Of a stretch of 64,000 bases of DNA, positions 34,701-49,700 are shown piece by piece. A program made the position numbers and the translations under genes. Below the pieces are notes generated by a model. That model was given only the letters and a program-made list of their open reading frames with translations. It did not search any database and was not told the origin of the DNA. The number at the start of each line of letters is the position of its first letter. The first letter of the stretch is position 1. This DNA comes from Nanobdellati archaeon (lineage in GTDB: Archaea > EX4484-52 > GLR71): positions 1 to 64,000 of the forward strand of contig JAHYJR010000003.1 of assembly GCA_019429005.1 (NCBI GenBank). The letters are read 5' to 3'.

Positions 34701-37700
34701 CCTCCTGCTTTAGGTGAATAATAAAGTGTTGAATTTGTATAGATTGTCACATTAAGATCATGCATACCTACAACATAACTGCAACCAGAATCCCATGTAT
34801 AATTACAAAGACCAAGATTATTTGTTGTTGAATTAAACTGATCACCTTCATCATTTCTCCAATTACAAACATAATCTGATACATTATCAGAAGCATCATA
34901 ATAATTATATACTCTTGCAATAAATGTTACATTATCAGTTCTTAATATTGAGGTATCGCTCTGACTAATTATTTCAACAACAGCTCTACCATAAACATCA
35001 ACAGATTTATTTATAGACGTAACTGGAACATCATATGTATTGATATCATCATAATATGATTTAATAACAGATACATTTAACCAATAAGAACCTATATTTT
35101 GTGCATTATCAATTGTTGCAGTATCTGTTATATTTGAAGTGTTCAAAATCAAGGTTACACCAGAACCTGTTTGATTTATAATTGTCCAATTCAGATATAG
35201 GCCGCTTGTCAGTTCATCTCCATTTTCACTTGTAATTGTACCATTAAACCAATAATTTTCTCCACGATACAATATATCTTCAGAAGATAGACTAACCTTA
35301 TATTTACCCCTAACTTCAACAGTCAAATTATGGTAGATTGAATTTTCATAAAATGTTTTGTATGCATAATATGTAATATTATACAAACCAGGAACATATG
35401 TATCTGACGGATTCCAAGCTGGTGTCATAACACAACCCCCTGTAGTGTTTGTTAAACATGTTCCAACAACATCGCCCGTATAATTAAGGAAAGTTACAGT
35501 AACAAGATTAACAGGATTATTATTATCATCAAGAACATTAGCTACAAAAGTTGTGTTATAATTAACAAAAGAATCATTACGATAAATCCATAATAATTCA
35601 GGATATGCTGAAACACTCAAAAATCCACTCATATTAATAGACTTAGATGAGACATTCCAAACATCTGTAGCATGGTAATATAATGTGTCATTATCTAAAA
35701 TTTTACACCTTAATGTATATTCACCAGGATTAATTTCAGTCGTATTCCAACTATACATTGCAATACCATTTACGGTATAATTTGTTCCAAGCACATTTTC
35801 AACAGTCCCATTATCTTCTGTAAATTGGACAGGATAAAGATTAGAAACAACATCTGTAGTATTCTGATCTGTAACATTACATTTTATTAAAAGAGTTTCA
35901 TTTCTATTATGTACATCATAAGCAGGTTCAACAAGAGTTACATTTGACCATCCATAAACAAATACATTCCTAGCTTCTATATCAAAAACATAATATGTCT
36001 TTTCTGCTAGAGCTTCAATCATTATAGGACCCAATTGATAATCATTCAATATTTCCCATAATGTACCACTTCCACTCTGATCTGAAGTGACAGATGGCGT
36101 CCAAACCCATGTCAAAGTCACATCATCTGTAATATTACCATCACTTTCATTTACAGTATAAGATTGTAATGATTCATTACTACCCCTATGGAATATTTGA
36201 GTCTCATACACATTTGTTATATTTGTCTCTAAATTACCCCAAATACCCAATATATAAGTTTCAGTTAAAGAATCCGACCATGATGTCTTTGTAGCATTAA
36301 TATATACAGTATAATTATTTGGTAAAATATCTTCAGTCGCATTATACTTGATATAACAGTCACCAGACAAATCTGTAATACAATCACAAACTTTATTTGT
36401 TGAATTGATTTCATTTACATTACCATCTATGTCAGTACAATTTCCAGATGGAAGATATATATGAACTACAGCATTTAAAACTGGCACACCTGAATCAGAA
36501 GTAACAACCTTTGAACTAATTTGTACTTCATGTGGACTATAACTATCATTTCTTACAATAGGATCCTGATCAAATATGATATTTGTAACATTAAGACCTG
36601 TTACCGCCATTGTAGTTGAATTTTGCTCATAAAGATATGATGCATTATAATATAATAAAACTGAATCTGTGATATTACATTTGACTTCATGCTCACCACC
36701 ACCTACACTTGTAGTATCCCATTGCCACATAGCATACTCAGATAAATTCGCTTTTTCTACAGATTGTAATACATCATCAAGATAAAAAGAGACATCATAA
36801 AGTGGATCAATATTAACTTGAGAATTTATTGCAGTATCGTTGAACTGTATCAAACAAGAAACATTAACAATAGAACCTGGAACAAATTCACTTGCAGGAT
36901 TAAAACTTATATTTTTTATTTCAGTATAACGGTATATGTCAATATATGTTATATTCTGTACTTGATTTGGATAAAATGCATTTACAGGATCTGACACTTT
37001 TATAGTTACAGGCAGTGTTTGATAATCATACCAGAATACAGAATATACAGTATCTTCAACAGTTTTAATATCAGCTGAAATATACCATTTTATACTATGA
37101 CTATTTGAAGGGAAACCGCAACTATCTTTAACTGTAGAAAATAAATTTATATCATCATCTTTATGATATATTGAATTATTTAGAGGCGAATCAATAATTA
37201 TTGTAAGATTATCAATTAAGCTTATATTCTCAACATCATTATCATCAAAAATATCCCAGAATTCACTACCTGTTGCTGTAAGTGATAAATTAGTCTCATA
37301 ATTTCCAAGAATATGCGTACAATCTGAATTCCATGTCATATTACACGTACCATTTATATCTGTAAGACTTGATGTTATAGTTGAATTTATAATCCAACTA
37401 CAATTAAATCCAGATAATGGATAACCTGTTACAGAAACACCGCCAGCATCAACTAAACCACCTTCAATCAATGAAGGAAGACCTCTATAATAAATATTGC
37501 CTTCAGAAGTCATATTTATTATAAGAAGACCTTTAATTTTTAATGGAATATAATCTGTGCTTGAATCATTAAAGTATTGTCTTGTCGCATTAAAATAAAT
37601 TGAATAATTCGCAGGATAAATATCGTCTGCAGGATTCCAGCTAATATTACATAATCCATCAACACTCATACAATTTCCAAGATAATATAAGGTCGAATTT

Positions 37701-40700
37701 TCAGTTGAATTATAATAAAAAGATACATTTGCACCAGAAACAAGATTATCGCTAAACACATCAGTAACATTTGCTTCAAAAATAGTCTCATTAGGTACAC
37801 CACTATTATATCTGTATACCACAGATTCAGATGATGTCACATTAACATTAAGAAGACCTGTAAGAGTTATGTTATAAGATGTTTCTGGTATTGACACATT
37901 ATAATATACTGTTGCGTTATCTGTAATATTGCATGTAATTATATAAGTGCCAACATTATGACTTGTTGTATCCCATGTAAATGTGCTATTTCCTGAACTA
38001 TCTGTAAGTGTTGAACCTAAATAAACTGTTGTTCCGCTACTGTTTGTCTCCCAGAACATAACCGGATAATCTTGAATATTCTCACTTGAATTAAGATCGC
38101 TGACATGACAGATTACATCAATATTAGATCTTGTCTTTGTCGAATTATATGGTGCTGTCTGATTAATTCCAGACCAACCATATATCCAAATATTTTTAAC
38201 AGATGAATTTGTTGCATAAAATGTCTTGTTTCCTGTCGCATTAACACTATTTGCACCAAGCACAAAAAGATTGTCAAGAGCCCAGGATGCATTAATACTT
38301 GTATTAATCATAGCATTTGTTATATTAAACCAATTCAAAGTCACATCAGAATCATCAAATATAACACCATTTTCATCTGTAACTGTAGAATTTAATGATA
38401 CTGTTTCAGTCCTATGATAAATATCCCAAGGATTTACAGGTGAATCAATTGTTATATAGATTCTTCCAATCACTGTAAAATTATAAGGATCTGTTTTTGT
38501 ATAAACACCAATTGTATCTTTTGCTTCAATTTTATAATACCATACACCTGGAAGTTCTGTAACATTGATGCTTACATTCCAAGTATAATTACCAGCTCCA
38601 TCTGTTGTTGTATATGGATACTCGTGTAAATAAACATTACCTAAATCATCAGCTTCTTTAACAAATAATTTAGGCCAACCAGCTTCAATACTACCTCCAA
38701 GACCAATACCATCATCATATACTGTAGCATAAATGGTTTGATTACTTCCTCTAAATATTGGATCCAATTCAACAGAAACATTCTCAATAACAGGCGGTTC
38801 TTGATCTTCACAAGCTGTCATACAACGATAACGTCCAACATAAGAATCAAAGAAAATCGGACATGACCAAAACTCTTGAGCATCTGTAATACCTGTAGAT
38901 AATAAAGTATCATTAACTTCAACTGTAATATCATACCGTCCACTATTTCGTGGTAATGAACTAATATTTATTTCACCAGAACATACAGCTTTACCTGCAA
39001 CTGGTACTGAAAGTGCGATTGTACTTGTAAGTTGCGATACGCCCGTTGAGATATTATTAAATTTAACTAAACACCCTGTAGGACTTGCTGAGAATGTACT
39101 TACAGATGATGTGAAATTGACATTAATTGTGATATTCTCATCATCATCATACCTTACTCTTCCAGGATATTCTAAATCGGTTATATTATAGAATCCTTGA
39201 AGAATAGGTGGGATTAAAACATCAAATACCATAGAAGTCTCATTTATATTATATGCACCATCAACAGACCGAACACTAAGATTATATGACCCTACACTAA
39301 GTCCAGTAAATGTAAATTCACAATCACGCACATCAACAGTACTATAAGTATACCATCCAGTCGTATTCAATTTAAATTCACAATGATGTATACCTGAATT
39401 ATATAAAACATTATCTGAGGTATTCACTTTAACTGTAACATCTGGCCCATATAAAGCCCCAGATTCGGCCATTCTTGATACAAATGAAATATTATTTATT
39501 ATTGGTTTGTTATTTTCAAGAACATAAACTGAAATAAACATTTCTTCAGCCCCATCAATATTTCCAGCAATCTTAAATGTATAAAAACTATTATCAACAA
39601 TAGCATCTGTAATTGGAAGCTCTATATTATATGTAAGATCAAGCGCTTGAGTTGATGGATAACTTGTAGATTCGGCAAAGAATATTCCTGTTGAAATTCC
39701 TTTTGTAAATTCAGATGCACTTGGACCTGTAAGCACAGATTTTACAGAATTAGCACCGTTAACATTAAAATCTGCAGGTAAAGGTGATGCAGCAATACCA
39801 ACCGAAAAACTTACACTACTAACCATTTCAGTCTTATTTGTAAATCTTATTGTCCAGTTTTCACCACGCCTTACAACATAATCATAATCAATATACACTT
39901 TAGATGCTGTTGACTCCCACTTGAATATGACATCATTTGTCTGACAATGGATTGTTAAATCACAATCATTTGTCGCATCAGAACAATCCGCATCAGTTCC
40001 TGGTGATTCTGGAGTATCATCATTATCAACATTATCAACACACATATTTGGTCCATATTCATCAGAAGGACAAGATGGTGTTCCAGCACAAGCATCATCA
40101 AGACAATCTATAAAACCATTATCATCATTATCAACACCATCATCACAAGATAACTCAATATTAAATTCACAGACTTTACCATCTGGACCAGCAAAGCCAT
40201 TACATTCAGATTCTTTACAATCTTTTAAATCAACATCAAAAGTCCTATCAAAATCATTATCAATACCATCTGAACATGCATCAACAGATACATTTTCAAA
40301 TTCCGGACAAACATTACAAAGACCAAATTGTTTATGGCAGTTTGGATCCTCACAATCCGTACCATTTTTACCAACTTCATAAATACTATCTGCATCTGGA
40401 TCATTACCATCATTATCGCCACCATCACGACAATATTCAGGATATTCATTAAATGCACATACAACACCCTGTGGACCCATAGAACCAATACAATCACTAT
40501 CAGCACAATCAAAATAATAATCAAGATCATTATCTGTTGTGTCATTACATACACTTTCAAACAAAGTATATGGATTATTAGAACAGATATAACTTCCATT
40601 TAAATATGTCGCACCAGCACAATCATAATCATCACAATCTGCCGCATCAAGACCACCATAATTTGCAGTATAATTAGGTTTATTACGTGTCAAATTAGCT

Positions 40701-43700
40701 AAATCAAAATCATTATCATAACCATCTGTACAATTCAATTCAGTACCAATCTCACAACGGAACACAGAACCTGTAACATTTACATAAGATAAATGACAAT
40801 CAGAATCATAATCATTTGCAATCCAATTACAATCTATACCGGCACCAACTGTTACATTTTTAATTGTACCATTTGTATTATAAGCATCTAAATCATTATC
40901 TATGAAATCATAACAAGTATTTGCCCCACTTGAAGCACAAGCGAAATCACAAGACTCAGTCACAGGACATGAACCTAAACCCCTACAATTATAATCATCA
41001 CAATCTGAACCATTCAAATTAGAATATCCTGCAAAATGAATATTTGCAACACCCCAATCCTGATCATTATCAAAACCATCTGTACAATTCATTTCCCAAA
41101 GAAGCTGACAATCACCAAATGGTATTGGACTATGACTATCATTTATTGCCGTCATATTACAATCAGCATCATAATTATTATATCGACAATCAATACCAGC
41201 ACCAATTGACATGTTTCTCACACCACTACTGTATGAACTTCCCGGTTGCATTTGGAAATAATCCATATCATTATCAATATTATCTGTACAGTTCTCACCA
41301 ATTTCTTGTGATGGCACGATTCCTAAAGTTCTACATTCAACTTGACAATCATATTCTGCATTTCCTGTACCTTGTAAAAAACCATAAACAGGATCTGTAA
41401 ATCTGTCAGCTGTTGCAACAAGATCACAATCTTTAAGCTGATACTGATCATTATTGAAACCATCTGTACAATTCAATTCTTGACGATATTCACACAGATG
41501 TAATGTGTCTGTATAATTACCTTGTCTCATATCACAGTTAATATCTTGACAATCTGCACCTGATACATTAAAATAATCATTATCAACAAGATCATAACAT
41601 GTAGTCTCTGCAGGCTGACATAAACCTTGTCCATAATCAGATGAATTTGAAAGACTTATATCAGAAAAACCACGATAATCTACACAATCTGCACCGCTGC
41701 ATCCGGGATCCCAACAATCAGGATCAGCACAATCAACTAAATAATCAAGATCATTATCTTCTTGATATTGATTTAATGCCGTACGATCACGACAACCATC
41801 TGTTATATTATGTTCATAAAGCATACCTGTTGCTGTAGTCCCAATCTCAATTGTAAGATTTATCTGATTTGTAAGATCTATTTGAAGGTCTCTAGAAACT
41901 GCAATCGTATGAATTCCGATAAGACCCGTTTCATTAGGTATTATTATATTCATAGTCATATCAAGATTACCGCAATAAGAAACATTATCTGTAGCTACTA
42001 AAAATGTAACTTCTGAAGTTCCTAATTCAATCACATAAGGGGTAAAACTAGATGATTCTGAAAGATTATTAATAAACACATTACTTCCACCAGGAAGAAC
42101 AAGACCAGACGGTAATGGTTGAGTTCCAACACCAAGCATAAATTGAACCGTCCTATTATCACTAGAACCACAATTTCCAACAGGTCCAACAAAACGAACT
42201 GTAAGATTACCACCCAAAGCAACATTTTCAGTATAATATACTTTAGTATCTTGTATACCATCAATTGTCGCTTGACATACACCACCAGAACATGTCGGTG
42301 TAAGTGATAATAATCCAAAGACCATATCCATAAAACCAAAACTTACAAATTGTCCACCATCTTTAGTACGATCACCATTAGAACCAGGCGGACAACTATA
42401 AACAATACCCGCACAATCAGCATCATCACAATCAAGACCATCTGTAGGATAATACAGACCATTCAGATAATCTTTTTCTAAAAGTGATGCATCATTACAT
42501 TCAAATTCAGTATAAGTTCCTGAATATTTCTTAAAAGCAAAATCGTAATCATTCTTAAGACATGATTCTTCCATAAAATATTTATATGGAATATCACCTG
42601 TACACTTAAAAGCGTTAGAAATCTCATCCCAAGTTGACCAATCATTATTCAGATGTAATGTTGCATTTCGCAGTCTTCCATCACTTGAATTTATAAATAT
42701 TGTATAACCTCCATCAGAACGCGTATTTGTTGCATCATCTGAAATAGTATAAGTCAAATAATAGATACCGCCACCAGCATCATAATATGACTCATTATGA
42801 CTTGGTCCATAATCAGAATCAATTAATGAAAAATTTGCAAAAAGATCAAGTCCTGGAACACCAGCATCAAGTGTTAGATTGATTGTTGTCCCATCCTCAT
42901 AAAACACCCTATTTTTTTCAACACCAACATCAATACTAAAGAAAACTGTAGAATTACCAACATTACTTTCAGAATCATTAACATAGACAGTAACTGTATG
43001 TTGACCAACATCATAAATTGCAGTCATATTTGTTACATTGCAATCAGGTATTGTGATATTTGCTGCACCATCAAGAGAATATCCACACCAATCAACATAC
43101 TCATTTACTGAAAAATTAAGAAGCACTAATGGTGTTGTATATGTAGCATTTATCGGTGAATGTATAGTTATTATAGGCGGATTATTATCTGTAAAATTAA
43201 TATATCTCTTACTTGGTGAAAAAGACACATTATAATTCAAAGTTTTATTCTCCAAAATAGTACAAGTAATATTATGGCTACCAAGATTTACAAAATAAGA
43301 GTTCCATGTATAATTAACATAACCAGAAGAATTTGTAAATAATGTTGCAATCAATGTATCAACAGTTCCATTATTATCACTGATATTGACCTGATAACCA
43401 GAAATACCAGTTGTAGTATTATCATCATAAACCATACAAGTTATATTTATTATATCTCTAGGTAATACATCATCAACATCTGGTGCAGGTGATATCTCTG
43501 TAACATTAACAGCAACCCAACCATATATTTCAACATAACGTTCAAGTACAATTGGTACAAAACCCGTCTTATTAACATAAATACTTATTGTCTCATTAAA
43601 AGGTACAGTTCCAACAGGTATACTCCAAGTTGAATTTATAATTGAACCAATTGTAACATTCAAACTATTTTTCCATGTAACATTTACTTCAGAATCTAAT

Positions 43701-46700
43701 AACGGAACACCTGCATCCGTCGTTACTGAAGAATTCAAATAATGTGAAAGACCTTTATAACGTATATCTCCATCACTTACAGGATTAATAATGTTTGCAA
43801 ATATAGAACCCTTAATATCAAGAGATGCAGTTACAGTTTGAGAACTAATCCAAAGTGGTCTTGATGCATTCACATAAAAATCATATAATTTAGGGAAAAT
43901 TGTATCATTAGCATTAAAATCAATAGAACAATAACCAACTGAATCAGTTGTACAATTACAATGATCAACAGTCTCATTTATATATTGCCCATTACCACAA
44001 GAACCGGTTGGACCATATATACTTACAATAGCACCTTCAACAAAAACAGAATAACCCTCTTCATCTGTAGTATTAACATATATATCTATATAGGTTTGAT
44101 ACGGTATGATATCAGTACGATAAATCCATGGAGAACCAATTTCTAATTTAGATATATTTAATTGGGTTGCAACAACACCAATTGTAGAATTTGATCCAGA
44201 TGAAACATTATAATAATATGGTGCTTGACGAGTATTATTAATTAAACAAGAAACATTATGCCAACCACCATAATATCCTGTAGTATCCCAAGACCATATT
44301 GCAAAAGATGTTAAATTTGAAATATTAGTATACTCATAAGTATTATCAACATAAAAATCAACATTATAACCACTAGGAACAATCACACTTTGATTCAAAT
44401 CTGTAACTTCACAATAAACACCGATGACATCATTTCTTGTAACTTCTGATGGATTAATTAACATTCCACCAACATTTGAAAAACGATATAACATCAACTG
44501 TGTCATATTAGTGAAAAGTCCAGGATAATAGGTACCATTAACATTTGCAGTTATATTGATAGGACCTCTTCCGGAAATATCTGCAACCCAACTATAATTC
44601 GCATATGAACTACCAAAATCAACTATTACGCCATTATTAGAAAAATTATCTGCATATATCCAAGATACTTGATAATCATTAGTTACATCAAATGAACATA
44701 CAGATTCAATTATAGTTGAATTTAACCAATAATTATAATTATAATAAATTTCAGAATTTTGATTTGGACTATCTATAAATACCGTCAGATTATCTATAAC
44801 AGTAATATTACCCATAACATTATCATCAAAAATATCCCAGTATTTATAATATGTCTGATTCATATATGAAATATTCACAAGATATGAACCTACACCAATA
44901 GAACATCCATCAGACCATGTATAATTACAAACACTATCTGTCCCCGTTAACGTTGTACCAGTTGAATCAAATGGAGATATTTCCCAAGAACAATTATAAT
45001 CTGAAAGACCATACGCTGATACTGATAAATTAGCCTCATCATAAAGCTCAGCAAAAACATTAATATCGCCATCACGATAATATCCCATATCTTCAGAAGT
45101 CAAATTAAGATGAAGAATACCTTTAACTTCAACACTACCATATTCAATCTGTAATATATAAAACAATTTTGTTGCATCATATTGTATTGAAATATTTCCA
45201 ACTGAAGTATATATTGAAGGATTCCACAAGAAACTACAAGTACCCGTATTATCAGTTGTACAATTTCCAAGATATTCTGAATCAGCTGTATTTGTAAAAA
45301 CAACCGTTGTCTCATTAAGTATTTGTGATCGATTATCTGTAGCATTGACATTAAAAGTTACATTATACGGATAACCTTTTGAGATTGCATACGCATCATC
45401 ACGATAAATCAGATTATTATCCATTGAAATATTAATCAAAATTATTGTTGTAACAATAATACCCTGTTCACTATCATCAGTTTCATTAATACAGCCAAAA
45501 TCTGCGGGATAATCTACATAACCATCATCATCATCATCAAAACCATTATTACATTCTGGAGACCATTCACGCGTATCATTTGCATCATCACAACCCCATG
45601 TATCATTTATGAAATCCGCAACACCGTTACCATCATCATCAAAACCATTATTACATTCAGGAGACCATTCCCAAATATCATCTGCGGATGAACAACCATA
45701 AAAATCCTCAGGCCAATCTATAAGACCATTACCATCATTATCAATACCATCATTACATTGAGCGATAGCTTCACTTTCATGAAATGGATCATAAGAAGAT
45801 ATATTTGATGCATTAAAATCAGTATGACATTCCGGATCATCAATATCAGAAAAGGTATCAAAATCATTATCCCATGTATCATTACATTGCGGTGTCCCTG
45901 AACCAAAAGTGCCACCTTCATCATTATCATATTGATCTGTACAATCGGGATCAGCTGGAAGACCACTATTATTATTATTGTCCTGCCAATCCATAGTTCC
46001 ATCATTATCATTATCAATACCATCATTACATTGCGGAGTCACACCACCAGGGCCTGAACCATCACCACCACCGCCACCAGTACCAGAAGTTGAATTACCT
46101 GCACCACCCCATACTAAAAGATAAACCTCTGGAAAATCAAAAATCTGACACTGAATTACATTTTCAGTTCCACCTACAGGAGACCATAACCATGTTGCAA
46201 TACCTGCTGAATTTGTAACACTTACTCCAAGCACAATCCCATTATTCAAAAAAGTTACATTGTATCCACTAATATGCTCATTATTAATATAATCAAAAAC
46301 ATTACAGCTCAAAGTATAAGTAACATCTTCATATACATATTGAGGTAGTGATGTCGCACTAACACTTGCCCAACTCCACACAGTTATATTATAATATGTT
46401 TTAGAACTATTATATAATGGTCCTGCAGCCTCAACAGACCATGTCACATTACCCCTAGTCTGATAAGATGAACAATAACTACCAACACAACCCGTATTTC
46501 TATATTTTACATCAGATGAAAACATAGAATAATTACAATAACCATTAGAATCTGAAAGCACCTCTCGTGCAGGACCTTCAATTGATAAATTATTATCAGA
46601 ACTCATATTAGTTAAAAGTACTCTATAACGACAAGTCGCATTTTCAGGATATGTCTCTGTATAATTATCATAGATTCTAACAGATAACATAGAAGATATA

Positions 46701-49700
46701 TCATTTCTAAATATTTCGGAAGGTGCATCTAAATATGTAATCTCAGAATCATGAGATAATATTCTTGGATACCATTCATTTGACGGATTAGTAATTGTAT
46801 CATTTATCAAAACAAGATCATCATCAGTAAGATGCAAACCATCTGAACCAAACCAATCATGGAACCCATTACCGCCATCCGAATCATTTGTACCAGTAAC
46901 ATTATAATCAATATATGTCAGATTAAATGATATTGATTTTTCTTCACATAAATTATAATTATGCTTAGAATCACATGATGTACCAATCCAACTCTTATTT
47001 ACAGACACATTAAAAGTCACATAATCTATAACTGATGAATCAATTGTGATACTCTGTGATAAATAATTTCTGATACTAAATGTCAAGTTTACATAATCAT
47101 TCTCATAATCAGTAATATTATAAGAAACACTAAAATTCATTACACTATCATTCCAATAAAATTCAGATGGACTGACCGTAGTTGCTGTAATAACAGGTGG
47201 ATAATTATATCGACCGCCAATAGCATAAGTTACATTTTGATTTAATAAAATATCACCTGTAGCATTCCCGGTTCTAGGTTGTACAACCTTAACAAAATCA
47301 ATTACACCATTTCCATTCGTATCTTCTGAACAGATAAACCATGTGTTCAAATAATCAATATCCGACCAAGTACCACATGTTCTTATAGATGATTTAGCAC
47401 CACAACAAGAACCAGTAGGATTTTCCCAATAATCAATAAGATACACACAATTTGATTTGATATTACCTTTTTCAGGACCTTCAAGGCAAAGATAATCATT
47501 TACATCATGATCTACAACACCATACCTAGGCCCACTACTCCAACAATCAGTATAAACACTATCTGTACAACCCCATATACACGCACCCTCACCAATTGAA
47601 TACGCATTATCTGAACAAATATCACTCACAGTATTATAACGACCAACAGATTCATTTATTACTTGATAATTATAATATGTAGTAGTACTACTAGGATTGC
47701 AAAATTTTTGTGTATAAAACGATTTCTGTGGTATAAATGATGGATTAGAACATCCTATCTGATTAAAAAGTGTGAGATCTAAACCTTTAACTCCTGAAGG
47801 TTGATCCGTATATAAACCAATATTAGTTGTATTTAAATAATAGGTCGCAGGATTCCCTACATTATCCCAATTAAGTAATTTTATATAAGGTTGATCAATA
47901 ATATTGATTGTATCGTTATCATCAATACTTGTCGTAAACATTAAATTATAAAATACTTGAGTTTCTGTACTTCCATTTGGATTTCTAAATATAGTCACAT
48001 TCTTTTCAGCAAATTCTCTATATTTAACATAATCTGTATCATTTGACCATGCAACAACCTCAACAGGCATAGAATTATCCCAGAAATAGAACTGTGAATA
48101 ATTCCATAAATCCGTAACATTCACACCAGAACTTTTTACAGTAAAGTCTTCAATATCACATTTTTCTTGAGAATTAAGATAAAAATCTTTATTAATACTA
48201 CAATTTACTGCACCAGATCCCATCTGAATATCATATACATTCACATCAAAAAGAACACGACTTAAATTTTCAAAAGTAATATTCAATGCTTTTGCAGGAT
48301 ATTTCTGATTGACTCTTATTAAATCAAGATATACAGGAACACCTTCAATAACAATAGTATTCTTTGCAATCGAATCATTCAAAGAAATATTTCTACTAAA
48401 ACTACCATTCCATAACCAATAAGCTTCCATATTCGACTGTGCGGCTTCTGATATGTTATAAGTATAATTAAAAGTAGTATCCTCAATAACAATACTTCCT
48501 TTCTTATCTCCCGAATAATTCGCAAACCAAGAATATATAATATTACAGGTTTCATTAATAGGACACTCTGATATTGATGCAGTTGATAAACGATTACTTA
48601 TTGAAGATGTTGTATTATATTCAAGTACATCATATCTAAGTCGACCATCATAAGACCATTCATCAACACCGTCGGCTTCAACATCCATTCTTGGTTGAAA
48701 AGGGAAATTATTAAAATTATATATATATATTTTTTTATTTGAATCAGATGACAAAATAATCTCATTACCTGATTCTATAAGATGATCTATTACAAGCATA
48801 TTATAAAAGATTTGACCATTAAGAGACTCCTCTCGAACATATAATAAATTCCCATCACTATCCAATTCATAAATTATATTTTCCACAAGATATATGATTT
48901 CTTCATCATCAGGTGTAAATGAATCCACTTCAGATATTGATACAGATATAACATTATCATTAGTATGCACATTATTAATATCTGAATAATTAGTCCATAT
49001 AAGATCACATGTTGAATTAAAAAGACTTAAATTTTCACTTGTACCTATTATTATTTCAAGTCCATCCAATGAATGTATCAAATCACCAATATCAAAAGAT
49101 AAAATCGAACTAGAAACAGTACAAGTTTCAATTTCAGAACCATCAGTATAATTTAAGATACGAAGAACAGAACCTGTTGAAAGTATAATATTTTCATAAG
49201 TATCATTATTAATATCATCAACTTTTATATCAGTCACTTTACTAGTAAATTGTTTCCCCCAAATTCTTTCAGCAGATGAATTAACCAATTGAAGTTCTTC
49301 GCCATCACCAGGTTCATGTCCAAAAATAATACTAGGGCCATAATCTGTAAAATTATAATAAAATACACTCGAACCTGCATCAGTACCAGGAGGATCATAA
49401 TAAAAATTCCTACAAGGTATTATAGGATCATAAGGACCTAGATTAACAATACAAGTCATATTATACCCATCAACACCCTTATTTGAATCTCCTGAATTAA
49501 TCACAATTAATTCCATATTATCATCAGTTAAATTAATATTACCTAATTTAAAATCAATAGGCTCTAAAGCACCGGGATCAATCTTAAATATTGGCACATT
49601 ACCAACTGTTGATTCCGAATTAAATGCCCTAATATCTACAAGTGTACTTACAAAAAAATCATAAAGTGTTGAAGATGCATTAACTTTACCACCAACCAAC

